Shown in pieces: positions 47,432 through 57,553 of a stretch of DNA of 64,000 nucleotides. Every line of letters starts with the position of its first letter. Positions within the stretch are counted from its first letter, which is position 1. This DNA comes from Planctomycetia bacterium TMED53. Lineage in GTDB: Bacteria; Planctomycetota; UBA8108; UBA1146. The position numbers and the translations under genes are program-made. Location: NCBI GenBank assembly GCA_002167285.1, contig NHDG01000062.1:804-64803 (forward strand), written 5' to 3'. Under the pieces are notes generated by a model. It ran no database searches, was not told the DNA's origin, and worked only from the letters and a program-made list of their open reading frames with translations.

Positions 47432-48041
47432 TCAGGCTGGTCAAGATTTCACCGATCAACCCGTATTCGCGAGCCTCTTCCGGTGACATCCAGTAGTCCT
47501 TGTTGGTGTTTTTCTCAACATCCTCAACACTCTTACCCGTCTCTGAAGCGATCAACTCATTGCAACGGCGACGCAGCTTGAGAATCTCATCAGCAGTGAT
47601 TTCAATCTCTGAAGCCTTACCGCGAACTCCACTGGAGGGCTGATGGATCATGATGCGGGAATTGGGCAGTGAGAATCTGCGTTCCTTTGGAGAGGCCAAC
47701 AGAATCACTGTTCCTGCAGAAGCATTCAAGCCATTGGTGATGCAGTTCACTGGGCTGCGAATGAACTTGATGGCGTCGTGAATGGCGAAGCCGTCGTCTG
47801 CCGATCCCCCTGGGGTGTTGATAAACAATCTGATCGGATCGTCGCACTGGGAATCGAGCCAAAGAAGAGCAGGAACGATTTTGCTCGTCAACTTTGGCGA
47901 GACCTCTTCTGAGATGAAGAGAGTTCTTTGCTTCTCCATCAAATCTTTGAGGTAGTTCGTTCCTCCTGGTCCGTTTTTGCCCTCTTCCTTTTCAGAGTCT
48001 TCGGACAATCCGTGTACCATGTATTCGCTGGGATGATTCAT
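47421..48041 (-). CDS. clpP: ATP-dependent Clp protease proteolytic subunit
   Basis: FINTPGGS, GLNASAG (Ser), IMIHQP (His), KDYWMSPEEA..YGLI (Asp). Confidence 0.94.
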   Translation of the reverse strand: MNHPSEYMVHGLSEDSEKEEGKNGPGGTNYLKDLMEKQRTLFISEEVSPKLTSKIVPALLWLDSQCDDPIRLFINTPGGSADDGFAIHDAIKFIRSPVNCITNGLNASAGTVILLASPKERRFSLPNSRIMIHQPSSGVRGKASEIEITADEILKLRRRCNELIASETGKSVEDVEKNTNKDYWMSPEEAREYGLIGEILTSLNDL

Positions 48042-48081
48042 CCTATGGGCCCCTTTCTGGGCTTTGGCTCTTTCGAACCCC

Positions 48082-48921
48082 TCATTGTAGAAACTGGACG
48101 ACCAGTCTCGTTAGGTGGGGTTCTGCCCCCGCTGCGACTTCCAAGATCTCTTCTACGGAAACTTTCTTCAAGTCATCTGGGTCACAGAGATCGGTTACCA
48201 CGGAAATTGCCGTAGCTTTGATCCCCTCATGGGCACAGATGATGACCTCCGGAACGGTCGACATTCCGACGACATCGGCCCCCAGACCCCTCAGCATCCG
48301 ATATTCTGCCCTTGTTTCGAGGTTCGGACCTGGAACGGCAACATAGACGCCACTGGAGGCTCGAATATCGCTCTCTTTTGCCAGATTGAGCAGTTCTTGA
48401 ACCGAATCCCGACAGTATGGCTCGCTCATATCTGGGAAGCGGGGGCCCCAATCCTCGTGATTCAGACCTGTGAGTGGATTGGCTCCGAGGAGATGAATGT
48501 GATCGTCAAGGATCAGTAGATCTCCTTTTTGCAAATTTGATGCAAGACCTCCACAGCAGTTTGAAATGATGGCGGAAGACACACCAAGGCGTGCCGCTGT
48601 CCGCATCGGCATGACCACGTCTTCCATCGAGTATCCCTCGTAGAGATGGAATCGACCCTGGAAGCACATCACTCTTTTCGAACCGATTTGACCAAAATGG
48701 AGAGCTCCAGCGTGACCGGGTGCTGTCGATTGAGGAAAGTCAGGGATTGAGGCGTAATCGATACTCGTTTTGTCGGAGATTTCATCGACCAATCCCCCTA
48801 ATCCTGTTCCAAGGATGATGACCGTATCAGGAGGGGAACCGGGGTTCGCCTCGGCGATGGCTGCTGCAGCGGTTTCAATCCTTTGTCGCTGCTTGAGGCC
48901 GTCTTCTTGAATCGTTGCCAT
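48082..48921 (-). CDS. punA: Purine nucleoside phosphorylase (trimeric type)
   Basis: ILGTGLG, GHAG.L, QGRFH.YEG, GP.LETRAE, VGMSTVPE. Confidence 0.92.
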   Translation of the reverse strand: MATIQEDGLKQRQRIETAAAAIAEANPGSPPDTVIILGTGLGGLVDEISDKTSIDYASIPDFPQSTAPGHAGALHFGQIGSKRVMCFQGRFHLYEGYSMEDVVMPMRTAARLGVSSAIISNCCGGLASNLQKGDLLILDDHIHLLGANPLTGLNHEDWGPRFPDMSEPYCRDSVQELLNLAKESDIRASSGVYVAVPGPNLETRAEYRMLRGLGADVVGMSTVPEVIICAHEGIKATAISVVTDLCDPDDLKKVSVEEILEVAAGAEPHLTRLVVQFLQ

Positions 48922-48940
48922 CTGGATCGATGCCTTTCCT

Positions 48941-49246
48941 TCAAACTTGAATCAGAGCTTTGTGCACGTCTTCAGGGCTCACACCGGAGACTTGAAAGAT
49001 TTTATCCCGGTGATGTTCCCCCCGAATCAGTCGGACACTGCTTTTGGGAACACCAAGGGTACCTGAAAGCACTTCGCAGATGGTGACATTTGCCTTCCCC
49101 TTTTCAGGTGCAGTGGTCACCTTGATCACTAGCGCACCCTGTCGAACTCCAGTGATCGCTGTCACCGAAGATCCGGGAATCGCCCGCACTGGAATCTCAA
49201 CAGCATCCCCTTGGTGCCTGAAGTGGGGGAGCTCCTGGTCAGTCAA
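48941..49246 (-). CDS. DUF167 / YggU-family protein
   Basis: VRAIPGSS, KVTTAPEKGKAN, LGVPKS.V.LIRG...RDK. Confidence 0.88.
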   Translation of the reverse strand: MTDQELPHFRHQGDAVEIPVRAIPGSSVTAITGVRQGALVIKVTTAPEKGKANVTICEVLSGTLGVPKSSVRLIRGEHHRDKIFQVSGVSPEDVHKALIQV

Positions 49247-51807
49247 CGATCTTCCCTACTTTGGGGTTTCAAATCACTGAGTAATGCTTTCAAGGGGGAA
49301 TCTCCCTGTTGTTGCCAAATTCCCGCTGCTTCTGCGCTTCTTTGATTAAATTCCAACAACAGAGCGATGAAATCGGCCCACTCTCCCTTTGGGGCAGATT
49401 CCTGCCACAGATCGAGGCGTGATTGGGGTGTTAACTCGCTCCATAGGAGATAACGCCTGAGTCCCTGCGCTGAATCCCTGAATATCACCCGATCTCCCTT
49501 GAGAGTCGCAAATGGAGCAGAGATCTCCTTAGTCGGAGTGAGAATTTTTCTCTTTGATTCGAATTCCAGCTGAACGTCCGGTTGTTGGGAGAGGAGGCGG
49601 TCAAAGAGTTCAAAGGATTCCGTATGCCGCTCTGCGGTTTTCAAATCTTCAGCTGAGTACCTGTTCTCAAGGAGTGAGGCACGCACCACCCTTGCTGCTT
49701 CCAGGCCACTGAAGTCGTCATTCCATTTGTTCCAGCCCGCGATCAGCACCGGTGACAATTGGGAAAACTCGGGCAGTTGAGTGGAGTCTTGACTGGTGGA
49801 GATCTCTTTTCGCAGTTCCTCTTCAAAGGCTGTGGTTGCGGGAATCAAAGCTCGGGAGATCACCTGATTGAGGCGGTCGTTCGCCTCTGCTTTTCGATTT
49901 TTCTCGAGCAGGCTACGGATCTCGACCCTTGCTTGTCGCCACATGTCGATCGCTTGCTGATCAATCTGTAGGAGCATCGCTTCACGTTCCTCCCAAGACT
50001 CGGTATCGACGTGTTGGTCTGAAAGCGATAGGACTTCTTTCCGAGCCCTGCCTGGCTGTTCTGAACGAAGCCAACCTTCCGCCCTGGCGCGAAGAGTATT
50101 CCAGTCTCTTTCTGCGGCTTGGTTACGAAGCTTTTGCTCAGCAATCTCAGATTTTAAGTTCTCCACGGTTTGGCCGGCCATCTTGCTAGCCCGGGTATCC
50201 GGGTACTTGGCGATCAATGCTTCCAAGGGAGGGATTCGATCTTCAGAATTCTTACTGACCTCAGATTCCATCATGAGGTCAGCGAGAAGTTCTCTGGCTT
50301 GCGACTCCAGCTCCAGCTCTTCTCGACGTTCGTCTTCTAAATGGGTTGCCCGAAGAGCCCGCTGATAATTTTCTCGAAGAGATTTCAGATCGTTTTCCGA
50401 TCCTTCGACTTTTTTAGATTCCAATTTTTCGATAGCCAGTTGGATTCGATCCAAGTCTTCAAGTAACTGTGCCAAATCTGCGGAGCTGGATACCCGAGAT
50501 TCAATCTCTTCGACTTCGGGCTTGAGTTGTGAAATTTGTATCTGGATCTGTTGCAGAGGTGAGGGCTCATCATTGTATTCGCCACGATCTTGATTGAAGA
50601 AGAGAGCCCCTCCAACAAGAAGGACGAGGAAAGCCGCTACGACGAGAGGAACTGGGGGCTTGTTCCTGCTTCCTTCTGGATACCGCACCATGAGATGATC
50701 GAGGTCCTGGGCCAATCGCTGCGCATTTTCCTGCCGTCGATCTTTGTCAGGGGACATCATCCTTTGTAGCAAGGAGCGAACATCCGCGGGGATAAGTGAC
50801 TTCGGCACGATCATCCATGGATCCGGAGCTTCAGTAGCATTCATGTGTTTGAGAATGACTTCTCGAGCTCCACCGCCTTTGTAGGGTGTTTTGCCCGTCA
50901 GGCAGTGGTAGAGAGTCGCACCGAGTGAATAAATGTCTGCCCTTTGGTCGATCGCTTCACCTCGAGCTTGCTCTGGAGCGATGTAGTGAGGGGATCCACT
51001 GACCCCTTCCTTCTGAGAAACGACACCGGAGGAATCTGCTTTACGTGCGATACCAAGGTCGCCGATCTTGACGACCCCTCCTTGGGTCATCATCAGATTT
51101 CCAGGTTTGATGTCGCGATGAACGATTCCTTGCTTTTCAGCGTAATCCAAGCCGAGGGCCGCTTGTCGTGCAATATCCAAGGCATCGTAGAGGGGGAGGG
51201 CTCCGCTTTCATCGATGCGCTTCTCAGCACTTCCTCCATCCATCAGCTCCATGGTGAAGTAATGCAGCTCTCCTTCGCGTCCGACGTCATATACTTGAAC
51301 GATATGTGGGTGGCTCAACAGGCCCGCTGCTCGGGCCTCCCTGATAAACATGTCGATGAAGGATTGATCGCGGGTGAACTTGTCTGAAAGAACCTTGAGA
51401 GCGACGGGGCGATCGAGAGAGATTTGTCGGGCTTGGTAAACGGTTCCCATTCCGCCTCGACCAATTCTTGCTATTACTAAACAGCCGCCGAGAGTTTTTC
51501 CGATAAGGGGGTCTTCTTCGAGCAGAAATGTCAGTCGTGTAACCCCTAAATCGATGTGATCATTGTGCTTGAGCTTGACGCGATCAGAGGCCACTTCGCC
51601 GTTGATTTGAATCCCATTCGTGCTTTCTAGATCTCTGATCCACCACGATGAATCCCGGAATTCAATCTGACAGTGCCGGCGACTGATTTCTTCGTCACGA
51701 AGACTGATCTGGGCAGAAGTATCCCTGCCGACGAGGAGAGTCCCATCGGAACGCACCGACCATGATCGGCCCCGATCGGGACCTTTTTCGGCAACAATCC
51801 TCGGCAT
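49243..51807 (-). CDS. FHA-domain Hanks-type Ser/Thr kinase with TM and large helical external region
   Basis: FHA (VGR, ISRRHC, STNG) and kinase motifs IGRGGMG.VY, VALK, HRDIKPGN, DLG, APE. TM at about aa 387-405. Confidence 0.92.
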   Translation of the reverse strand: MPRIVAEKGPDRGRSWSVRSDGTLLVGRDTSAQISLRDEEISRRHCQIEFRDSSWWIRDLESTNGIQINGEVASDRVKLKHNDHIDLGVTRLTFLLEEDPLIGKTLGGCLVIARIGRGGMGTVYQARQISLDRPVALKVLSDKFTRDQSFIDMFIREARAAGLLSHPHIVQVYDVGREGELHYFTMELMDGGSAEKRIDESGALPLYDALDIARQAALGLDYAEKQGIVHRDIKPGNLMMTQGGVVKIGDLGIARKADSSGVVSQKEGVSGSPHYIAPEQARGEAIDQRADIYSLGATLYHCLTGKTPYKGGGAREVILKHMNATEAPDPWMIVPKSLIPADVRSLLQRMMSPDKDRRQENAQRLAQDLDHLMVRYPEGSRNKPPVPLVVAAFLVLLVGGALFFNQDRGEYNDEPSPLQQIQIQISQLKPEVEEIESRVSSSADLAQLLEDLDRIQLAIEKLESKKVEGSENDLKSLRENYQRALRATHLEDERREELELESQARELLADLMMESEVSKNSEDRIPPLEALIAKYPDTRASKMAGQTVENLKSEIAEQKLRNQAAERDWNTLRARAEGWLRSEQPGRARKEVLSLSDQHVDTESWEEREAMLLQIDQQAIDMWRQARVEIRSLLEKNRKAEANDRLNQVISRALIPATTAFEEELRKEISTSQDSTQLPEFSQLSPVLIAGWNKWNDDFSGLEAARVVRASLLENRYSAEDLKTAERHTESFELFDRLLSQQPDVQLEFESKRKILTPTKEISAPFATLKGDRVIFRDSAQGLRRYLLWSELTPQSRLDLWQESAPKGEWADFIALLLEFNQRSAEAAGIWQQQGDSPLKALLSDLKPQSREDR

Positions 51808-52541
51808 CAGTCGTCGGCCTCCTTAGGGAAGAGAGATCGGCCGATTCGTAGCAAGGTCGCTCCTTCACTAGCGGCGACGCGCCAGTCAGCGGACATTCCC
51901 ATCGACAGGTGGAAAAAGAAATTTGCCGCCTCATCCGAGACTCGTTGTCGAATATCGTCGCGCAGCTTTCTGAGAGAACGAAAGACGGGCCTACATTCTT
52001 CCGCTGCGACGTTGGGGGCCATCGTCATCAATCCCTGAAATTGCAGATTTTGAAATCGATCGATCCAATCGGGGATCGATTCTAAGGCCTCCAAAGGGTC
52101 GAGGCCCGACTTCTGCTTTTCCCCGGCGATGTTGACCTGGACGAGAATCGCCAATTTCCTGTTCAAATGATCCTCGGTCCAGCGATCGAGAGATTCAGCG
52201 AGGCGTTGAGAATCGACACTGTGAATTAAGTCTACTCGGGGTGCAACGACAGAGATTTTGTTACGTTGCAATTTGCCAATGAAGTGCCAACTGCCCGGGT
52301 CTTGGCCTGGGTCAGTTTTCTGTTCCAGTTCTTGGGCTCGATTCTCACCTAGAGGGGTTTGGTCATGATCGAGGAGAAGCCTGGCATCATCTCGCTCCAA
52401 ATACTTTGTCACTGGTACGACTTTGATCGGAGCTTCAGGAAGTGAGTGACCCGATTCAGCAGACAACTGGGAGGCTTCCTCTTCGATCTCATTTCGCATG
52501 CGGAGGAAGTAATCCAAATTCAGATTGAGGAACTTCCTCAT
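51807..52541 (-). CDS. yggS: PLP homeostasis protein (YggS/PLPBP)
   Basis: VTK (PLP Lys), GENRAQE, WHFIGKLQRNK, QVNI.GE.QKSG, GLMTM, LSMGMSAD, GAT.LRIGR. Confidence 0.95.
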   Translation of the reverse strand: MRKFLNLNLDYFLRMRNEIEEEASQLSAESGHSLPEAPIKVVPVTKYLERDDARLLLDHDQTPLGENRAQELEQKTDPGQDPGSWHFIGKLQRNKISVVAPRVDLIHSVDSQRLAESLDRWTEDHLNRKLAILVQVNIAGEKQKSGLDPLEALESIPDWIDRFQNLQFQGLMTMAPNVAAEECRPVFRSLRKLRDDIRQRVSDEAANFFFHLSMGMSADWRVAASEGATLLRIGRSLFPKEADD

Positions 52542-55500
52542 GCACGCTCCTTGGGGCGGGAAAGATCGAGCCGGATGGAGTTTTCGCCCAACAGCGATCG
52601 TATTTCTCCAAGGAAGTTTTCATCTGCTGCGACACCCTGGCGATCTCCGCAAGGAATACGCCATGAGTGTTCATCGATGGAATCGAAGATCAAGGTCACA
52701 GGAACCTTACCCGGGAAGCGTTCAAGGATATCCCTGGTTTGATACAGCATCTTTTCGGTGACGTCCGTTGGGAACGAGATTCCAATCTGTCGTGCCAGCT
52801 CAGAGAACGCGGATGTCAGGGTGAATGCTCGATTGACCCTGATTTGGTCTTCGCTGCGTGCCCCTTCCTCACCGGAGGAGATCTCAGCAAAACCCTGAAC
52901 GATGAGAACTTCATCGACGATCAGGTCTTCACTGTGATTTTGGTACGTTTTCGGGAAAAACACCGCATCGATGGAGCCACTGCGGTCTTCCAGAGTGACG
53001 ATAGCCATCTGGTCTCCCCGCTTTGTTTGTCGCTTTCGTACCTTCGAAACCATCGTTGCCAAGGTTACAGGTTTCCCATCGTGGCTCGAATCCAGTTCCG
53101 AGATGAGATTTGTTCTCAGTGGAAGCAGTTCGTTCTCTCTGCGTTCAAGGGGATGCCCACTCAGATAGAAACCGAGAGCGGATTTCTCACGGGTGAGTTT
53201 CTCTCCTTCAGACCATTCGGGGACTTGTGGCCAGTTCTCCTCAGCAGTGGGTTCACTGCCACTTCCGAAGAGAGAAAGTTGCCCAGCCTGCTTTTCAGCA
53301 TGGATTCGCTTACCCTCTTCAAGTGCATCTCCGATTGCCGCGACCATCGTCTGGCGTTCTTGGTCAAGTCCATCAAAAGCACCGCCGTTGATGAGCTGCT
53401 CGAGAACTGTCTTGTTCACCAGGTCTGGTTTTACTCTTGTGGTCAAATCGTAAAGGGAGGAGAAGGGACCGCCCTTTTCACGTTCAGCAATGATCTGATC
53501 GATGACTTTTTCTCCAACCCCTTTGAGCGCAACAAGGCCGTAAACAATACGATCCTGGTTCAGGGAAAAGTTGCTTTTGGAGAAATTGACGTTGGGCGGA
53601 ATGACCTCGATCTCCATCTCTTTGCATTCTTCCAGATACGTGACCATCGTATCTACCGTTGAGATGTAGCAAGACATGACCGCAGCCATGAATGCTTCGG
53701 GGTGGTTGGCTTTGAGATAAGCGGTTTGATAAGAAATCAGTGCGTATGCGGTCGAGTGTGATTTGTTGAACCCATACTTTGCGAACTGTTCGATCTGCTC
53801 GAAGATCGCTTTCGAGGTTTTTTGTGGAACATTCGATCTTTCTGCGGAACCGGAGATGAACTGATCTTTGAACTTTTCCATCAGTTCGACTTTTTTCTTA
53901 CCCATCGCTTTCCGCAGGTTGTCTGCGTCGTTCATCGAGAAGCCGGCGATTTGGTTGGCGATCCTCATCACTTGTTCCTGGTAGAGGATCACCCCGTTGG
54001 TGTCATTGAGAAGTTCTTCGAGGGAGGGGTGAAGGTACTCGACCTGCTCGCGACCATGCTTTCTGTCGCAGTAAAGCAAATGCATTCCCGAACCGAGTGG
54101 GCCCGGACGATAAAGAGCGAGAACCGCGATGATGTCTTCAAAGCAATCGGGTTTGAGATTGCGTAAGAGTTCCCTCATGCCGGAACTTTCCAACTGGAAT
54201 ATCCCGTGGGTGTCCCCTTTGCAAAGAAGCTGATAGGTCGCTTCATCGTCGAGGGGAAGTTGGTCGAGGTCGAGCTTTTGCCCCGTTGACTGCTCTACCA
54301 GCTTGGCAGCCCGATCGAGGATCGTCAGGTACCGAAGCCCAAGGAAGTCAACTTTGAGGAGTCCGATCTTTTCAAGGATCTCCATGGGAAATTGGGTAAC
54401 GACATCGTCACCATTTCTCGAGAGGGGAATCAATTCGGTCAATGGCCTATCGGCGATAACCACTCCAGCTGCGTGTGTTGAGCAGTGGCGGTTCAAGCCT
54501 TCTAATTTTTGCGCAACCTCAAAGAGTTCCTGGTAACGGGGGTCGCGGGTGGCCTTCGCCAGCTCCGGCTCTGCTTCGAAGGCTTCCTCAAGTTTGATGC
54601 CGGGCCTGTCGGGGACTTTTTTGGCGAGCTGATCCACTTCTGAGAGCGGTATGTTGAGCACCCTGCCAACATCCCGAAGAACCGCTTTTGCAGCCATCGT
54701 TCCGAAGGTCACGATTTGGCAGACTCGATCTTCTCCGTACTTTTGTTGCACGTATTCGATGACTTTTTCCCTGCCGTCTACGCAGAAGTCGATATCGATA
54801 TCGGGCATTGAGATACGATCACTATTGAGAAACCTCTCAAAAATCAAATCGTATTTCAGCGGGCAGAGATTTGTGATGCCCAGGCAGTAGGAAACGATGG
54901 ATCCCACCGCGGATCCTCTTCCTGGACCTACAGGGATGTCATTTTCTCGGGCGTGTCGGCAAAAGTCCCAGGTGATCAGGAAATAGGAAACGAATCCCAT
55001 TCGGGTAATGATGTCGATTTCATACTCGAGTCGATCTCTGGATCCTTCCGGCGGATCGGGATACAGGCGCTCGAAGCCCTCTTCGACCAATTCGCGGAAG
55101 CGACCGAGGTTTTCTTCCTCAGCTTTTTCTGCGCTGGCATCGTCGAAGTCTGGGGCCTGATCCCCTTCGAAGAAGACAGGGAGGAACATCTTGTCGGTGA
55201 CCAAGTCGAAATCGACCATGGCCGCAATCTCGTCAGTGTTGGTGAGATACTCTGGGTAATCCCCAAAGATTTGTTCCATCTCTGAACCGGATTTGAAATA
55301 GAACTCTTTGGACTCAAACGTCATTCGGTCAGTGTCATCAATCTGCTTGCCAGTATTGATACAGAGGTGCACCTCTTGGGCACGTGCATGTTGGCGAGTG
55401 AGATAATGAACGTCATTGGTAGCGATGATGGGAACACCTAGTTTACGCGCGAGATCTGGTGCCCTTTCGATGATCCGCTTCTGTTCAGGGAGCCCATGGT

Positions 55501-56044
55501 CTTGCAATTCCATGAAGAAGTGCCCCGGTTCGAAGATGTCGATATATCGGCGTGCGCAAGTCTCTGCCTTTTCGGCTTCACCGTGTAAAAGGGCACGATT
55601 GATTTCTCCTGCGAGGCATGCACTGGTAGCGATGAGACCTTCGGAGTGGGCTTTGAGAATCTCATGGTCTATCCGAGGCTTGTAGTAGAAGCCTTCAACG
55701 TAGGCAAGACTGGAAAGCTTGCATAGATTTCTGTAGCCGGCTTCATTTTTTGCCAACAAAACCAAATGGAAATGCGGCTGTCGTCCACCTTCGCGCTTAC
55801 GATCATGACGGCTGCCATCAGTGATGTAGGCTTCCATGCCTACGATCGGCTTAATTCCTTCTTGGACACAGGTTTGGTGAAACTCGATGGCGCCATACAT
55901 GTTTCCGTGATCTGTCAGGGCGAGGGCTTTCATGCCCTGATCCTTCGCTAGGCGAACCATGTTCGGGATGGTATTGACCCCATCCAGGAGGCTGAAGTGG
56001 CTGTGAACATGAAGATGGCAGTAACGATCAGCAACTTTGGACAA
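52538..56044 (-). CDS. dnaE: DNA polymerase III alpha subunit
   Basis: HLHVHS.FSLLDG, GPGRGSAVGS, MPDIDIDF, KVDFLGL, YGFNKSH, C-terminal OB fold. TTG start after GGAGG. No intein seen. Confidence 0.97.
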   Translation of the reverse strand: MSKVADRYCHLHVHSHFSLLDGVNTIPNMVRLAKDQGMKALALTDHGNMYGAIEFHQTCVQEGIKPIVGMEAYITDGSRHDRKREGGRQPHFHLVLLAKNEAGYRNLCKLSSLAYVEGFYYKPRIDHEILKAHSEGLIATSACLAGEINRALLHGEAEKAETCARRYIDIFEPGHFFMELQDHGLPEQKRIIERAPDLARKLGVPIIATNDVHYLTRQHARAQEVHLCINTGKQIDDTDRMTFESKEFYFKSGSEMEQIFGDYPEYLTNTDEIAAMVDFDLVTDKMFLPVFFEGDQAPDFDDASAEKAEEENLGRFRELVEEGFERLYPDPPEGSRDRLEYEIDIITRMGFVSYFLITWDFCRHARENDIPVGPGRGSAVGSIVSYCLGITNLCPLKYDLIFERFLNSDRISMPDIDIDFCVDGREKVIEYVQQKYGEDRVCQIVTFGTMAAKAVLRDVGRVLNIPLSEVDQLAKKVPDRPGIKLEEAFEAEPELAKATRDPRYQELFEVAQKLEGLNRHCSTHAAGVVIADRPLTELIPLSRNGDDVVTQFPMEILEKIGLLKVDFLGLRYLTILDRAAKLVEQSTGQKLDLDQLPLDDEATYQLLCKGDTHGIFQLESSGMRELLRNLKPDCFEDIIAVLALYRPGPLGSGMHLLYCDRKHGREQVEYLHPSLEELLNDTNGVILYQEQVMRIANQIAGFSMNDADNLRKAMGKKKVELMEKFKDQFISGSAERSNVPQKTSKAIFEQIEQFAKYGFNKSHSTAYALISYQTAYLKANHPEAFMAAVMSCYISTVDTMVTYLEECKEMEIEVIPPNVNFSKSNFSLNQDRIVYGLVALKGVGEKVIDQIIAEREKGGPFSSLYDLTTRVKPDLVNKTVLEQLINGGAFDGLDQERQTMVAAIGDALEEGKRIHAEKQAGQLSLFGSGSEPTAEENWPQVPEWSEGEKLTREKSALGFYLSGHPLERRENELLPLRTNLISELDSSHDGKPVTLATMVSKVRKRQTKRGDQMAIVTLEDRSGSIDAVFFPKTYQNHSEDLIVDEVLIVQGFAEISSGEEGARSEDQIRVNRAFTLTSAFSELARQIGISFPTDVTEKMLYQTRDILERFPGKVPVTLIFDSIDEHSWRIPCGDRQGVAADENFLGEIRSLLGENSIRLDLSRPKERA

Positions 56045-56188
56045 GGGACCTCCGGTGGAGTGGAATCTTTCATCGGGGGACCGCCCCGCCTCCCCTCGTT
56101 TTAGGGGGATCAATCCCCTTGGGCAAGGGCTGCGATTCCTTGATGTGAGGTCCCGGGGGTGAGAGTCTTTGGAAACTGGAGGTTCAGC

Positions 56189-57025
56189 TTGAACGAAGAG
56201 GCGCAAGAATCAGAAAATATTGTCCCTGAAGAGACCTCATCCTCAAATGGGGAGGTTGCAGGGGCTGGTGGTGGAACTGGCAGTGAAGATCGGGCTGAGA
56301 GCTCTGAGCCTACCAAGAGAGCGACCTTTGCGCGTCTGAGGGACGAAGAGCAAAGGGTTGCAGGGGGCGGGCGCTGGAGTGTGGATTCCAGTCGAAGATT
56401 CTGTGCCCTGACGGGGGAGGAGATCCCCAGAGGAACACCCTTTTGGACAGTATTAGCCCCGACTGACCCAGATTCAGCACCTGAGTCGGCGGGCCCTCTC
56501 ACGGCCTTCTTTTCACGGAAAGATTACTGTGACGAAGCGATGGATAAAGTTGATCAGGGGAACTCCTTCGCGCGCTGGCGTACGGTGATTGCAGAGGAAG
56601 AAGGGCCAGCCAAGCGAGTGGTGAATATCGCCTCTCTGTTAGCGACCTTTCTGGAATTGGCGGATTCGACCCGGGTCCAGCCTGAAGGGCAGGGGGAAGA
56701 GGGCTCCGGTGAGGATTCCCCCGCAAACCTTGCCGAGACAGCAAGCCTTGCCGAGACAGGGGCAGACGTCGCCGAGGATCTTTCAGTCCCCATGAAGGGG
56801 CCCAGCGGACTCACCGTAGACAGCGGAACCGATCGCCTGCGCCTAGCTTATCTTCTCGGCCTCTTCCTCGTGCGTAAGCGCTCACTGATCTGGGAGGATC
56901 ACGACGAGAATCTTTTGATCCTCCGCGAAAAGGTCAGTGGGGACCTCTATCAGCTTCCCGCTCCGGATCTCGATCCACAGACTTTGGAGCAGGCGGTGAA
57001 CGAGATCGAAGCTCTCTTCAGCTGA
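56189..57025 (+). CDS. Hypothetical protein
   Basis: RBS GGAGG. Globular-looking blocks (CALTGEEI..G..F, SRKDYC, RLAYLLGLFLVRKR.L) separated by acidic linkers. Confidence 0.68.
   Translation: MNEEAQESENIVPEETSSSNGEVAGAGGGTGSEDRAESSEPTKRATFARLRDEEQRVAGGGRWSVDSSRRFCALTGEEIPRGTPFWTVLAPTDPDSAPESAGPLTAFFSRKDYCDEAMDKVDQGNSFARWRTVIAEEEGPAKRVVNIASLLATFLELADSTRVQPEGQGEEGSGEDSPANLAETASLAETGADVAEDLSVPMKGPSGLTVDSGTDRLRLAYLLGLFLVRKRSLIWEDHDENLLILREKVSGDLYQLPAPDLDPQTLEQAVNEIEALFS
56728..56759 (+). repeat. In-frame 18-nt-period duplication (LAETAS-LAETG)
   Basis: CCTTGCCGAGACAG at 56728 and 56746. Confidence 0.7.
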
Positions 57026-57108
57026 GCAAAGTCGCGCTTTCCTGATTTAAATCTCGGAGCATTTGTTGCTTCATGGCTTCCCGGTCTCAAGGGGTTTGAG
57101 ATCGCGGT

Positions 57109-57136
57109 GGAGGTTGGGTGCGGGAGGTTGGGTGCG
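57109..57136. repeat. Perfect 14-nt tandem duplication
   Basis: GGAGGTTGGGTGCG occurs twice in tandem. Confidence 0.85.
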
Positions 57137-57456
57137 ACGTTCGCCTTCCAGCATGACCCACTTCAATTCCCCACTTCCTCCCACTGGCCTTGAATTTTGG
57201 CATAGGGTGTTATTGGGGGGCGTTCTGCATATTCTGCCCGTTTTGCGTGAATCCGCATAATTTCGTTTGAATTTAGGCATATAGAAATAATTTCGGCCCA
57301 AAAAGATTCGTGAAAAAATATTTTCTGCTCAAAGCCCAAGATGTGGGGGTGCCTCTCTCGCGCACCCAAACCTATTGTGGTTGCTCAGTCATAAGTACTT
57401 TATTTGTAATAATATGTGAAAAGTAGTCCCTTGCGGGGGCGAGAGGCGCCCATAAA

Positions 57457-57501
57457 GTGGGGCCAAGTGGGAACAAAGGGGGAGGGGTTCCACGTTGTGG
57501 C
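57457..57501 (+). promoter_or_regulatory. MraZ-box direct repeats with 10-bp period
   Basis: GTGGG 57457, GTGGG 57467, AGGGG 57477 and in-phase GTGGC 57497, just upstream of mraZ and downstream of an AT-rich promoter-like patch (57388-57423). Confidence 0.75.
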
Positions 57502-57553
57502 CCCAGGTGTTGCACCTTTGTGAAACCATGAGATTGGTTTTCAACCCAGAGAC

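Noticed and set aside
52538-56044. Intein or split in dnaE
   Set aside because: Length (about 1170 aa) and motif order are normal, and no splicing motifs were seen.
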